Origin: Methylococcales bacterium
GTDB lineage: Bacteria; Pseudomonadota; Gammaproteobacteria; Methylococcales; Methylomonadaceae
Direction: 5' to 3'
Assembly: GCA_030949405.1 (NCBI GenBank)
Contig: JAUZSN010000002.1
Location: 1,720,553 to 1,784,552, forward strand
Length of the DNA: 64,000 bases
Below, in pieces: positions 1 to 9,798 of the stretch; within the stretch, counting starts at the first letter, position 1, and each line of letters starts with the position of its first letter. The notes beneath the pieces were generated by a model that made no database searches, had not been told where the DNA came from, and was given only the letters and a program-made list of their open reading frames with translations. The position numbers were made by a program, and so were the translations under genes.

Positions 1-1
1 A

Positions 2-325
2 GAATGTAATTCTGAATATACGTATGAAGATGGGGCTATGTATATTTGTCCAGAATGCGCTCATGAGTGGGTAAAAAGTGCGGATGAAGACGTTTTAGAA
101 AATGAAAACCAAATTAAAGATGTTAATGGTAACTTGTTAATGGATGGCGATACGGTGACGGTTATCAAGGATTTAAAAGTAAAAGGCTCATCACTGGTGG
201 TAAAAATTGGCACAAAAGTTAAAAATATTCGCCTTGTCGAGGGTGATCATGATATTGATTGTAAAATTAATGGGATTGGCGCGATGAAATTAAAGTCAAT
301 GTTTGTAAAAAAAGTGGACGGTTGA
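2..325 (+). CDS. phnA: PhnA/YjdC zinc-ribbon protein. The 5' end is cut by the window edge; the frame is open from position 2.
   Basis: The translation [23 protein letters not shown]...[15 protein letters not shown] matches the PhnA family zinc ribbon plus C-terminal domain. Confidence 0.8.
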   Translation, partial: ECNSEYTYEDGAMYICPECAHEWVKSADEDVLENENQIKDVNGNLLMDGDTVTVIKDLKVKGSSLVVKIGTKVKNIRLVEGDHDIDCKINGIGAMKLKSMFVKKVDG

Positions 326-387
326 TTCGCTTATTTTTACCTTATATTTTTAATCATTCCTATCTTGTTTTAACGGAATGATTAAAT

Positions 388-1671
388 TTAAAAAATGGCT
401 TCAATTTTTTTCAAACAGCCGCGTAATAAAATATCATCATCAATAATATCAAGTTCGTTAAAAACTTTAGCTAACCGAGGGTAAAGGGGTTTATTTAACT
501 GGCCATTATATTCATGATATAAAATAGCTTGGTAATGTTCTATATAGGATTCAAAATTAAAATGTTCTAACGCATACGCTGTAATAGCGGCTGTTTTTAG
601 GTGTAAATAATCAGTCTCTAAATATTTGAGTAATAATGCTTGTAAGCCTTGTTTTAATTCTACAGCGGAAACTTTATCAACAACGTCAGGTAACTCATGA
701 TACCAGCCTACATTATTCACAATCACAGGAATACCCAATTGTAACCCTTGCATAACAACCGCTGAGGTTTCACCCATCGTGGGAACCCTTAAAGCCACAA
801 TTACATCGGTTTGGATTAGTAACTCATGGTAGTAAGCTTCATCAATCCGTCCGTGAATAAAAACCTTATCGTCTAAACCCAGTTCTGCGGGTAATGAAAA
901 AATAGATTGACAGGTTTCGTTAACCGCACCGACGACATCGAGTCTAAAATCAAAGGGTTGATCCAGTGCTTGAATGCTCGCAAGTACTTCAATGACAGTA
1001 TCTACTTTTTTTTGTAAATCAACTCCGCCAAAGACCCCAATTCTTAAACAGTTTGAAGCCTTGATTTTTTTAGGTAACGGTTTTAAATCGTATAATTGTT
1101 CAATGCAATAAACATTCAGTCGTGGAAACACCGCTTTGACTCGATTTAAAGCATATTGAGAATGAACAATACAGCTATCGGCATATTGAACAAATTCTTC
1201 AAATAAGGGGAAATCAATCACTTCATTTGATTCCCATACCGAAGTCCCCTCAGTTAATTTTCTCTCAATATAGGCTTTATTTTCTTTGCCATAATGATTT
1301 TCGATAATATTAAAATAGCCTGCGGTCATTTGTTCATTTTCATAATTCATTCCTGCAATCATATGATGTAAGACTAAATCATGTAAATGAACAATGCCCC
1401 CGTATTTTTTTAATAATGCCAGCATATAGTGATGATAATGAATATTATTTCCTAACTGATAAATAATTAAATCGTAATCATCCAATGCATTATTATCCGC
1501 GAGTGTATTAATATTTATAACCTTGCAATTAAGTAGGTTATCAATCATCGCATTAGAAAACAGAGTAATCGTTACCGTTTTATGATGATTAAATCCCTTT
1601 AATAAATGAAAAACATAATCAGAAATTCCACTTTGTTGCGGGGGGAGTGGGCTTAATAAGGCGATCTTCAT
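388..1671 (-). CDS. GT4 (group 1) glycosyltransferase.
   Basis: 427 aa with a GT-B fold signature. The C-terminal half has the GT1 motif region (ETSAVVMQGLQLGIPVIV). It sits in the polysaccharide cluster and its start overlaps the next gene at 1671. Confidence 0.7.
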   Translation of the reverse strand: MKIALLSPLPPQQSGISDYVFHLLKGFNHHKTVTITLFSNAMIDNLLNCKVININTLADNNALDDYDLIIYQLGNNIHYHHYMLALLKKYGGIVHLHDLVLHHMIAGMNYENEQMTAGYFNIIENHYGKENKAYIERKLTEGTSVWESNEVIDFPLFEEFVQYADSCIVHSQYALNRVKAVFPRLNVYCIEQLYDLKPLPKKIKASNCLRIGVFGGVDLQKKVDTVIEVLASIQALDQPFDFRLDVVGAVNETCQSIFSLPAELGLDDKVFIHGRIDEAYYHELLIQTDVIVALRVPTMGETSAVVMQGLQLGIPVIVNNVGWYHELPDVVDKVSAVELKQGLQALLLKYLETDYLHLKTAAITAYALEHFNFESYIEHYQAILYHEYNGQLNKPLYPRLAKVFNELDIIDDDILLRGCLKKIEAIF

Positions 1672-2729
1672 TAGATATTTTCCAAAACGAGCTTTTCTAA
1701 GACGTTATTCCAGCTAATTGATTTTGCAAAGTCATAGCCATTACGAGCCATCTTTTTTAATTGGGACGGTGATAACTCATATAATTTTTTAAGCGTATGG
1801 GCAATGGCTTCGGGTTTATTTTCAACCACAAATCCACTTTCTGTATTTTGAACAAGGGTGGCTACCTCACCTGAATCATAACAGGTTATGACGGGTTTTT
1901 TAGCTAAAAAAGCTTCAATAGTCGCATAACCATAATCCTCATCATAAGGGGCATAAAAAACAGCTTTGCAATGGGCTAAATAATTACTCAGTTCTTCTTC
2001 ACTTACATAACCGAGCATTTTACAGCGATCGGTTAATTTATTCGCTTCAATCAATGCTTGAAGATTATCACTTTCTGAGCCTGTTCCAATAAAATAAGCT
2101 TTTGTTTTTTTAGAACTGAGCATCATGGCTTTAACCAGTAAATCAGCCCGTTTCATTTTTTCTATACGACCAATAAATAAGACATAATCCCCATAATCCC
2201 CCGACACTATTTTATCGGCAAAGGGGGCGGGTGGATACAAAGTTTCAGCACGAATGCCATTAAAATTTTGTAAACGAGCGGTTACATTGTCCGCAATCGT
2301 GTATTTTTTTACGGATTCTGAAATAAAATCAACATCTATTTTTCTAATTTTATTACGTATAATATCTGAATTTGATTGACGCTTTATCTCTTCAGGGTAA
2401 TCAAATTCTGTATTTTCAAGGTCGTATAACACTCGATGCTGATGAACCAACCATAGTATTTTATTACTGTGTTGGGCAGCATAAGTGGGAAATTTAGTGG
2501 GAATCACTAAATCAATTTTTTTACCGCAGCTTTCTGATAAATCTAATAACCGCCAAGCCGCTATATCATTAAGCATTTGCTCTTCAGGATACCATTTAAA
2601 GGGTAATTGAATGAGTTCTGCTTGAATTCCATCCAGTTTGTTAATTTCTTTGACTAAACTTTCATTTAATAACTCAGCACCCCCTCTAACAAAAGGCACT
2701 TGAGCCCCTAATACAGCAACCCGTTTCAT
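1671..2729 (-). CDS. GT4 (group 1) glycosyltransferase.
   Basis: 352 aa. The C-terminal segment YAPYDEDYGYATIEAFLAKKPVITCYDSGEVATLV is a typical GT1 EX7E region. The gene is translationally coupled to its neighbours. Confidence 0.75.
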   Translation of the reverse strand: MKRVAVLGAQVPFVRGGAELLNESLVKEINKLDGIQAELIQLPFKWYPEEQMLNDIAAWRLLDLSESCGKKIDLVIPTKFPTYAAQHSNKILWLVHQHRVLYDLENTEFDYPEEIKRQSNSDIIRNKIRKIDVDFISESVKKYTIADNVTARLQNFNGIRAETLYPPAPFADKIVSGDYGDYVLFIGRIEKMKRADLLVKAMMLSSKKTKAYFIGTGSESDNLQALIEANKLTDRCKMLGYVSEEELSNYLAHCKAVFYAPYDEDYGYATIEAFLAKKPVITCYDSGEVATLVQNTESGFVVENKPEAIAHTLKKLYELSPSQLKKMARNGYDFAKSISWNNVLEKLVLENI

Positions 2730-4486
2730 ACTTTATGCCCAATAATTGCGTAATCCATTTCATTGTAAAAATGCGCTTTGATAAACTCATCATCTGAGGT
2801 GGTTTCATAAAAATCTGAATATTTGTGTAGGCGTTTAATTTCAGTTTTTTCAAAGCCGCGTTGTTCAATTGTAAAGCGCATAGTCTCTGGGACAAGGGGG
2901 TTGTGATGCGAAGGATCGGTGTAAAAATTACACCCGCCGACTAGTAAGTTTTCAGGGTTAGGCGTTTCAAAAATAATGGTCCCTCCAGGTTTAAGAACTC
3001 TTAAGCACTCATCAAAAAAAGCAATTAAAACTTTAAAGGGTAAATGTTCAATGATATGAAAGCCTGTTACGGCACCAATGCTACTGTCTTGAAGAGGACG
3101 TAAATAATCAAGAATATCAGCCTCGGTTGCCTGTAATCCTCGCTGTTCACACTCTCGGATCATAATGCAATTTAAATCCACCCCTTCGGCACGAATATTC
3201 TGATTTTGCAATAATTCTAACCATTCCCCTCGACCACAGCCCATATCTAAAACTAAGGATTTATTGGTTGCATTTAAGGCCGCTTCAAGCGTGGGTAAAT
3301 AAACTTTTTGACGTTGTTGTATATCGTTACGCGTTCCTCTAAATTTATCTTCAAAGGCCACATACATCGCATCAAAAATATGATCTTCTTCTTTGGCTAT
3401 TGTGGTCAGTTGTTCAACAGAAAAAGGTTCGGGTAAGCGTTTTCTAGCTTCTTCTAATAATAAATTTAATCGACGCTGATTATCGATAAGATTAATTTTA
3501 TGATCACTAAAGGTTGTTTTATGTTCATCGAGACGACATTTATTGGCGTTAATTTTTTCTAAGGCCTTAATCATTTCCGTTTGATTGGCTTTCGTGGCTA
3601 AATTAATTTCTAAGGAACCATAATCGACTCGTAATTCTAACTCCTTATATAAAGCAGGGTAGTCTACTTTTGCTTCGAGTAGGGATGTTAGGGAAATATA
3701 ATCGACTTTTTCTTCTAATTCAGTTCGGTTAACTTTACTGGCTAATTCGGAACGTTCGGCTTTAGCATCTAATTCAGAACGTTCGACTTTATTTACTAAT
3801 TCGGAACGTTCGGCTTTTTGTGCGATCGCGAGGTGCAAACTATTCAACTTTTCTTCTAAGTTTATTTGTAACCGATCCTCGAGTGCATTTTTTAATTTAA
3901 CTTCTAAAATTTCAGCCAATTGCTCCACTTTTATTTCAGGAATTTGACTATGGGCTTCTAATTGGCGAATTTGATTAATGAGCAAAGGTAATCGTATGAT
4001 TGCCATTATTATTTTGAAAATAAAACCAATTAACGGTATTTTTCCAATGAGCATTACGGTATAAGGAATTTTTAATCCCTTGACTGTGATGCCTCTTTTT
4101 CGCCCTTCTTTTGAAAACCGTATTTTGGCAACAATTTCTTTTTTTGACAGTTGTCCCTGTCGTGCCAATAAAAGATAATGATTCATTTCCTCGGCATCGG
4201 GTTTTCGTTTTAAAAGCCCTTTAAAAATATTTGTTATAAATAATTCATCGTGATGAACACAAAAATCATTAATATGATAACGGTTGTTATTTGGAAAAAC
4301 AGTGTCTACTTTTTTTAATTTTTCCAACGGGGCTAATAAAGAGATATCCAAATTTAAGTTCAACTTTAATTGTGATTCCACGGCGACGGCTGACGCTGTT
4401 TCAACGACCTGTGACTGTTTATTTTCATCTCTTAATTTTTGCATTATTGTATCAATGTTTAATTTTGGAATGACTTTTTTTTCCAT
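2726..4486 (-). CDS. WbdD-like polysaccharide chain terminator. It has an N-terminal coiled coil carrying 9-aa tandem repeats and a C-terminal class I SAM-dependent methyltransferase.
   Basis: The C-terminal part has the SAM-binding motif LDMGCGRGEWLELL and is paralogous to the gene at 4539..5396. The middle contains the repeats RSELVNKVE/RSELDAKAE/RSELASKVN/RTELEEKVD. It lies next to wzt/wzm, as in O8/O9a-type clusters. Confidence 0.6.
   Translation of the reverse strand: MEKKVIPKLNIDTIMQKLRDENKQSQVVETASAVAVESQLKLNLNLDISLLAPLEKLKKVDTVFPNNNRYHINDFCVHHDELFITNIFKGLLKRKPDAEEMNHYLLLARQGQLSKKEIVAKIRFSKEGRKRGITVKGLKIPYTVMLIGKIPLIGFIFKIIMAIIRLPLLINQIRQLEAHSQIPEIKVEQLAEILEVKLKNALEDRLQINLEEKLNSLHLAIAQKAERSELVNKVERSELDAKAERSELASKVNRTELEEKVDYISLTSLLEAKVDYPALYKELELRVDYGSLEINLATKANQTEMIKALEKINANKCRLDEHKTTFSDHKINLIDNQRRLNLLLEEARKRLPEPFSVEQLTTIAKEEDHIFDAMYVAFEDKFRGTRNDIQQRQKVYLPTLEAALNATNKSLVLDMGCGRGEWLELLQNQNIRAEGVDLNCIMIRECEQRGLQATEADILDYLRPLQDSSIGAVTGFHIIEHLPFKVLIAFFDECLRVLKPGGTIIFETPNPENLLVGGCNFYTDPSHHNPLVPETMRFTIEQRGFEKTEIKRLHKYSDFYETTSDDEFIKAHFYNEMDYAIIGHKV
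3711..3818 (-). repeat. About four tandem 27-bp in-frame repeats, core taattcggaacgttcggcttt, that encode the 9-aa coiled-coil repeats.
   Basis: Read directly from the sequence: the unit appears at 3744-3764 and 3797-3817, with variants at 3715-3735 and 3770-3790. Confidence 0.8.
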
Positions 4487-4538
4487 AATTTAATTCCCCT
4501 TATTTTTTATTATAAACAACCGATTTCTAATAGGGTGT

Positions 4539-5396
4539 CTAATTTTTCTTTAGTGCCTTTATACGAGCCATAACCCAGCGTAAAGGCTGAGTAATGCGCC
4601 AAGAATGACTTAAATAAATACGATTAACCGCCACCTGAATTTTAGCGTCAATTTGTTGATCGTAAAGATTGGCTAATTTTTTTAATTCCTGCCCATAATT
4701 GGCTTCAAAAGCGGGTTGAGTCGCGGTCATTAATTCATCCTGGCCTAATTTTTGAGCCACAATCGCATAATCAAGACTTACTCGACTTAAGACATCTAAA
4801 AGGGTGATATCATCCCCTTGTTCAATGGCAAACGACGGTTCTTGTAATCGTAATATTTTTACTTTATCAAAGCCATAATACTCAGGTAAAAAAGATAAAA
4901 GCAAGGGCGGTAATGGGTTTTTATGTGTTGGGTCAAGATAAAAAGTTGAGGTTCCGACCACAATGTTTTCAGGATTAGGGGTTTCAAGAATAAGTAAGCC
5001 GCCTGGTTGTAAAACACGTAAGGCTTCTTGGACTAATTGTTGTAAATCTGCAAAAGGAATGTGTTCGGCAACATGAAACCCTGAAACAATTAATTGGCTC
5101 GCATCCGCTAATGAATTTAAAAAAGCAATCGCCTCTTTATTTTGAACGTTGAAGCCTTTTTTTCGTGCTAAATCAAGCATTCCTTCATCAAGATCAACCC
5201 CTTGGGCATCAATTCCCCATTCTTTCAATAAGGCTAACCATTCGCCACGTCCACATCCTAAATCAACGGCATTTGCCTTAGGCGATAATTTAATTAAGGA
5301 TTCGATGAACGGAAAATAAACCTCTAAACGGGTTTGAATTAATTCAGATGATCCTCGATATTTTTCTTCAAATGCTTGATAAAAATCAGTCTTCAT
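4539..5396 (-). CDS. Class I SAM-dependent methyltransferase, a stand-alone paralogue of the terminator methyltransferase domain.
   Basis: The motif VDLGCGRGEWLALL plus ETPNPEN...FYLDPTHKNPLPP closely parallels the C-terminus of the 586-aa protein. Confidence 0.75.
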   Translation of the reverse strand: MKTDFYQAFEEKYRGSSELIQTRLEVYFPFIESLIKLSPKANAVDLGCGRGEWLALLKEWGIDAQGVDLDEGMLDLARKKGFNVQNKEAIAFLNSLADASQLIVSGFHVAEHIPFADLQQLVQEALRVLQPGGLLILETPNPENIVVGTSTFYLDPTHKNPLPPLLLSFLPEYYGFDKVKILRLQEPSFAIEQGDDITLLDVLSRVSLDYAIVAQKLGQDELMTATQPAFEANYGQELKKLANLYDQQIDAKIQVAVNRIYLSHSWRITQPLRWVMARIKALKKN

Positions 5397-6615
5397 AAAT
5401 AATTTCCGTTTTAGGGGGTAACCAACTCATTCCAACAAAAGACGATTTATTAAGATTAACCACGTTAAAAACTAAGGCTAAATTTCGCCATTCATAATTT
5501 TTTTGAATATGGGTTGAGGATGAGTGAAGCGCAACCGCAATCGAATAAGACCCTTTTCCTAAGTTGGCATCAAACTTAAATTGGTAGGTTATCAATTGTC
5601 CTTTTTTTACATTTTCATGATGGTTTTTTAAGTGATGGGTATTGGTACCATAAATAGATTGCCCTAGCCTATCTTTTATCATGTAGCCTAAGACCAGTTC
5701 GGGAATATCTTCTTTGGCTTCTACTTGAATGGATAGGCAAACTTGTTCACCGACATCAACCGTATCAATTATTTCATTCGTTTCATTGAATAGCTTTATA
5801 TCTTTAATAACCGCTTCCCCTGTCCCTGATGTCGTTTGAATGCGAGCATCCTCTGTTTTTTGTTGTTGGACATTTTCATTTTCTCGATCAGCGAGTAAGG
5901 CATTATAGAAATCCATGATTTCTTCAGGATTACCTTCTTTCGCAACATGACCTGCATCTAATAAAATGGCTCGGTCACACATCGTTTGAATGGCCAATTT
6001 ATCATGAGAAACAATCAGTAAGGTTGTTCCTTGTTGACGATAATCTCGAATTCGATCAATACTTTTATGTTGAAAATAGGCATCACCCACAGATAGGGCT
6101 TCATCAACAATTAATATATCAGGACGGACCGCCGTCGCGACACTAAAGGCTAACCGCATTTGCATTCCACTCGAATAGACGCGAACAGGTTGGTCGATAT
6201 ACTCTCCAATTTCTGCAAATTGCTCAATTTCTGGCATTAATTGGGTTAAATCGTTAACGGTATACCCTAAAAGTTGCCCCGACATAAAAACATTTTGTCG
6301 TCCCGTAAAGTCAGGATGAAATCCCATGCCTAATTCTAATAAAGCGGCAACGCGTTTCCCTGTAATCTGAACCTTCCCTGTGGTTGGCTGAGTCGTTCCT
6401 GTAATCATTTTTAATAAGGTGCTTTTTCCCGCCCCATTAATACCAATAATGCCCATAGCTTCACCAGGACTTACTGAAAAGTTTATATCCTGTAATACCC
6501 ATTTTAAATGGTGTCTTGGTTTGATAAAGGGAATAACCCATTCAAAAAGACGTGACCAGCGTGTTGGGTATTGCTTATAGGCTTTACCTAAATTTGTAAC
6601 CGTAATTGCGCCCAT
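5386..6615 (-). CDS. wzt: Wzt-type O-antigen/polysaccharide ABC transporter ATP-binding protein with a C-terminal glycan-binding domain.
   Basis: Walker A GINGAGKST, a signature region and a Walker B DE are present. A C-terminal extension of about 150 aa is typical of Wzt_C. The gene overlaps wzm. Confidence 0.85.
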   Translation of the reverse strand: MGAITVTNLGKAYKQYPTRWSRLFEWVIPFIKPRHHLKWVLQDINFSVSPGEAMGIIGINGAGKSTLLKMITGTTQPTTGKVQITGKRVAALLELGMGFHPDFTGRQNVFMSGQLLGYTVNDLTQLMPEIEQFAEIGEYIDQPVRVYSSGMQMRLAFSVATAVRPDILIVDEALSVGDAYFQHKSIDRIRDYRQQGTTLLIVSHDKLAIQTMCDRAILLDAGHVAKEGNPEEIMDFYNALLADRENENVQQQKTEDARIQTTSGTGEAVIKDIKLFNETNEIIDTVDVGEQVCLSIQVEAKEDIPELVLGYMIKDRLGQSIYGTNTHHLKNHHENVKKGQLITYQFKFDANLGKGSYSIAVALHSSSTHIQKNYEWRNLALVFNVVNLNKSSFVGMSWLPPKTEIIYED

Positions 6616-7409
6616 TACAATTCATCCACCATGTCACCTGCATGTTTACGAAACAAAGTCAGCCCGATGATACATAATAAAAGGGAGAGGGCTGAAACAA
6701 CCCAGAGTTCTTGCCATTGAGGCAATTCACCTTTAACAAGAATGGTTTGATAGGCTGAAATAATATTGACCATAGGGTTTAAATCGACAAAGGTGCGTAA
6801 TTGCTGAGGAATAATACTAATGGGATAGACGATGGGGGTTAACCAAAACCAAAATTTTAAAATAATTGTGGAAAGTTGCCCTATATCTCGAAAAAAAACA
6901 TTGAGAATGCCAAGTGTTATGCCTAAACCAATGGCAAAAATAATATTGATTAATAAAACAGGAAAAATAGCAAAATAATTCCATCCTGGAAAATTATCAG
7001 AAACGATTAAAAAAAGACTGAAGAGGGTAAAAATAATTGAAAAATTAAGAACCGCATTAGCAACCACAATTATAGGTAGGCAGAGACGTGGAAAACTTAC
7101 TTTTTTAAGTAAATTGGCATTATCAATAAAGACACTTTGCGCACGGTCAACAATTTCAGAAAATAACTCCCACGTTAAAATTCCTGCGCAAAGATATATG
7201 CTATAAGCAAAAGTGGTATCAATTCCCGGTAGTTTTGCACGCATGACTTGTGAAAAAATGACCGTATAAACCACAATCATTGCCAATGGGTTAATGACTG
7301 TCCATGCAGCCCCTAACATTGAATTTCGATATTTAGATTGAAATTCGCGTTTGACACTGCCTAAAACAAATCCTCGGTAATCCCAAAGTACACAGAGTAA
7401 ATTTTTCAA
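6615..7409 (-). CDS. wzm: ABC-2 type polysaccharide export permease (Wzm).
   Basis: 264 aa with six predicted transmembrane segments. The gene abuts wzt. Confidence 0.85.
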   Translation of the reverse strand: MKNLLCVLWDYRGFVLGSVKREFQSKYRNSMLGAAWTVINPLAMIVVYTVIFSQVMRAKLPGIDTTFAYSIYLCAGILTWELFSEIVDRAQSVFIDNANLLKKVSFPRLCLPIIVVANAVLNFSIIFTLFSLFLIVSDNFPGWNYFAIFPVLLINIIFAIGLGITLGILNVFFRDIGQLSTIILKFWFWLTPIVYPISIIPQQLRTFVDLNPMVNIISAYQTILVKGELPQWQELWVVSALSLLLCIIGLTLFRKHAGDMVDEL

Positions 7410-7418
7410 AATTAGCCC

Positions 7419-8852
7419 TTATCGTCCGTAAACGTCATCAAAACGTTCGATGTCATCTTCAGCCACATAATCCCCGACTTGAACTTCAATCAGTTGAACG
7501 TCAATTTTACCCCGATTTTCTAAGCGATGTTTTTCACCGACAGGAATATAGGTTGATTGGTTTTTAGTGACGATCATGGTTTTATTGTTGCAGGTAACCG
7601 TGGCTGTTCCTGATACAACCACCCAATGCTCAGATCGGTGTTGATGGCGTTGTAAGGATAGAGCCGCCCCTGGATTAACAATAATTCGTTTTATTTTAAC
7701 CCCAGGTTGTTCTTCTAATACCGTATAGGTTCCCCAAGGACGACGAACGGTTAAGTGTAATAGATGTTCTGTGGCATTGCGTTTTTTTAATTCTTCAACC
7801 ACCTCTTTAACGCGTTGAGTGTCCCCTCGTTTAGCCAATAAAATCGCATCAGCAGTTTCAATTAGGCAAATATCCTCTAAACCAACCGCGGCAACTAGGC
7901 GATGATTACTTTGAAGTAATGAATTATTGCAATCTATAGCAAAGGCATTACCCTGAGTAACGTTCCCATTTCCATCATGAGGGGATATTTCATGGACGGC
8001 ATCCCAGCTACCGACATCGTTCCATTGAATGTTACAAGGAAGGACTAATAATTTATTTTCTTGCGCCACTACTTTTTCTAATACCCCATAATCAATGGAA
8101 ATATTAGGCATTTCTTCAAATACTTTATCTACGGATTCTTGGAGTGAAAGTCCGTGTTGATGGTTTTCTAAAATGGTGGTTAATACGGAATCGACTTCAG
8201 GTAAATATTTTTTTATAGCATCAAGTAATACCGAGGCTTTCCAAACAAACATGCCTGAATTCCAAAAATAACCGCCTTCTTTTAAATAATCTTCTGCGGT
8301 TTCACGATTAGGTTTTTCAGTAAAGCCTTCAACCATGAATGTATGAGCGGGCAATGGCTCGGGATAATCTGTTTTTGCCTTAATGTAGCCAAAACCTGTG
8401 TCCGCATGTGTGGGTAAAATACCAAATGACACTAAATAATCGTCAGAGGCCGCCTCTATTGCGCGCTCTATGGCTTGATGAAACGCCTCAATATCTTGAA
8501 TAACATGGTCTGCGGGAAGAACCAACATGATAGGGTCTTCATGATTATCTTGAAGCTGTAAATAAGCTGCGGCCAATGCAATCGCGGGGGCTGTATTTCT
8601 GCCGACTGGTTCAGAGATAACTTGATAAGGTTGTAAGGCGTGATACGCTTCCCCCGTCACATGTTCTTGACTTGAAACTACGATTACATTTTCAGTGGCA
8701 CAAAAAGGGGCAATTCTATCAGTGGTCGCTTTTAACATGGTTTCTTTGCCATCAAGACAAAGAAATTGTTTAGGAATTTGTTTTCTGGATAAAGGCCATA
8801 AACGCGAACCTGTGCCGCCTGCTAAAACAACTGCTCTTACTGTTTTTTTCAT
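7419..8852 (-). CDS. manC: Mannose-1-phosphate guanylyltransferase / mannose-6-phosphate isomerase (bifunctional ManC/CpsB).
   Basis: The N-terminus VLAGGTGSRLWPLSRKQIPKQF is the nucleotidyltransferase motif, and a C-terminal cupin is present. Length is 477 aa. Confidence 0.9.
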   Translation of the reverse strand: MKKTVRAVVLAGGTGSRLWPLSRKQIPKQFLCLDGKETMLKATTDRIAPFCATENVIVVSSQEHVTGEAYHALQPYQVISEPVGRNTAPAIALAAAYLQLQDNHEDPIMLVLPADHVIQDIEAFHQAIERAIEAASDDYLVSFGILPTHADTGFGYIKAKTDYPEPLPAHTFMVEGFTEKPNRETAEDYLKEGGYFWNSGMFVWKASVLLDAIKKYLPEVDSVLTTILENHQHGLSLQESVDKVFEEMPNISIDYGVLEKVVAQENKLLVLPCNIQWNDVGSWDAVHEISPHDGNGNVTQGNAFAIDCNNSLLQSNHRLVAAVGLEDICLIETADAILLAKRGDTQRVKEVVEELKKRNATEHLLHLTVRRPWGTYTVLEEQPGVKIKRIIVNPGAALSLQRHQHRSEHWVVVSGTATVTCNNKTMIVTKNQSTYIPVGEKHRLENRGKIDVQLIEVQVGDYVAEDDIERFDDVYGR

Positions 8853-9024
8853 AATAGGGTTTCCAATTTATGCCTGTGTAGTATTTAGATAATGCACATT
8901 ATTGAGAATAATTAAACTACTTTACAGTTTTTTATATCTTTAAAAATAGTTTTAAGATGGTAATGTTCTAAAAAATATAGTATTGATATTTAATTAATTA
9001 ACTGTAACGAAAAAATACCATTTT

Positions 9025-9798
9025 TTATACTGCTTCATAATTTAATGGCTTAATTATTTTTGAAATTTTAATTCCCTCTTCAAGATCCTTTTTCATCTTA
9101 AACTCACCAATACTAACTAATTCTTTCTCTAAAAGCACAGTTTCTTCTTTATTAAATATTAGATCTTTCTTCAAAATAGGATTGATTTTAAAATTTTCAA
9201 AAACATAATTAAATCTATTATATTTCCCCCAAAGCCCTTTTTTTGTTAGTTTTTCGTACTTTTTCATTAAATCAAACTTAATGGAAGCCTCAGCTTGCTT
9301 AATAGTATTTGAATATAGTTCATCTTTTATTTCATTTTCATTAACCAACCCCATAAATTGAATAACATCGTTAGTGTAAGTAGTGATTCTTTGGGGGAAA
9401 CTATTTTTTTCATTAATAATTATAACAACTGATTTATAATTTTCATCAATATTTAATATATCAATAAATAACCAATATTTACTTAGATCAGGTGTTTCAT
9501 GTAGCCAAAAATTAACCTCACTATCCTTATTTAAGTTAGTTACAGTTAACCGATTGCTTTTTTCCTGAGGCGTTTCATGGAAAATAGCTGAAATACTGTT
9601 AAGCTCTTCTTGGGACAAAAAGTTTGTTAATGTCTTCCAAATTAATTCTTGTGATTCTTCATCACTTTTATCTTCAAAAATTTCATCCGCTACATAGCCT
9701 ACGATTTTATTTTCGACATCAAAGTGAATATCAAAAAGTGGAGATATTAATGTCTGCTTACGATGAAAAGATTTTTTTATTTTTTCTATCAAGTCCAT
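9025..9798 (-). CDS. Hypothetical protein (257 aa). It is the downstream gene of a two-gene cassette in a GC-poor island.
   Basis: Long ORF with a strongly AT-biased codon composition. It overlaps the upstream gene by 10 nt. I recognise no family. Confidence 0.45.
   Translation of the reverse strand: MDLIEKIKKSFHRKQTLISPLFDIHFDVENKIVGYVADEIFEDKSDEESQELIWKTLTNFLSQEELNSISAIFHETPQEKSNRLTVTNLNKDSEVNFWLHETPDLSKYWLFIDILNIDENYKSVVIIINEKNSFPQRITTYTNDVIQFMGLVNENEIKDELYSNTIKQAEASIKFDLMKKYEKLTKKGLWGKYNRFNYVFENFKINPILKKDLIFNKEETVLLEKELVSIGEFKMKKDLEEGIKISKIIKPLNYEAV

Noticed and set aside
347-380. Hairpin aatcattcc...ggaatgatt after phnA, considered as a terminator
   Set aside because: It is followed by A-rich rather than T-rich sequence on both strands. 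At best it is a weak structure.
2686-2895. 69-aa ORF on the minus strand
   Set aside because: It lies entirely inside the GT4/terminator gene junction, out of frame, and has no independent signal.
4284-4493. Two small + strand ORFs (69 aa and 60 aa)
   Set aside because: They are antisense to the 586-aa coiled-coil gene. They look like AT-rich chance ORFs.
8695-8892. 65-aa + strand ORF
   Set aside because: It is antisense within manC.
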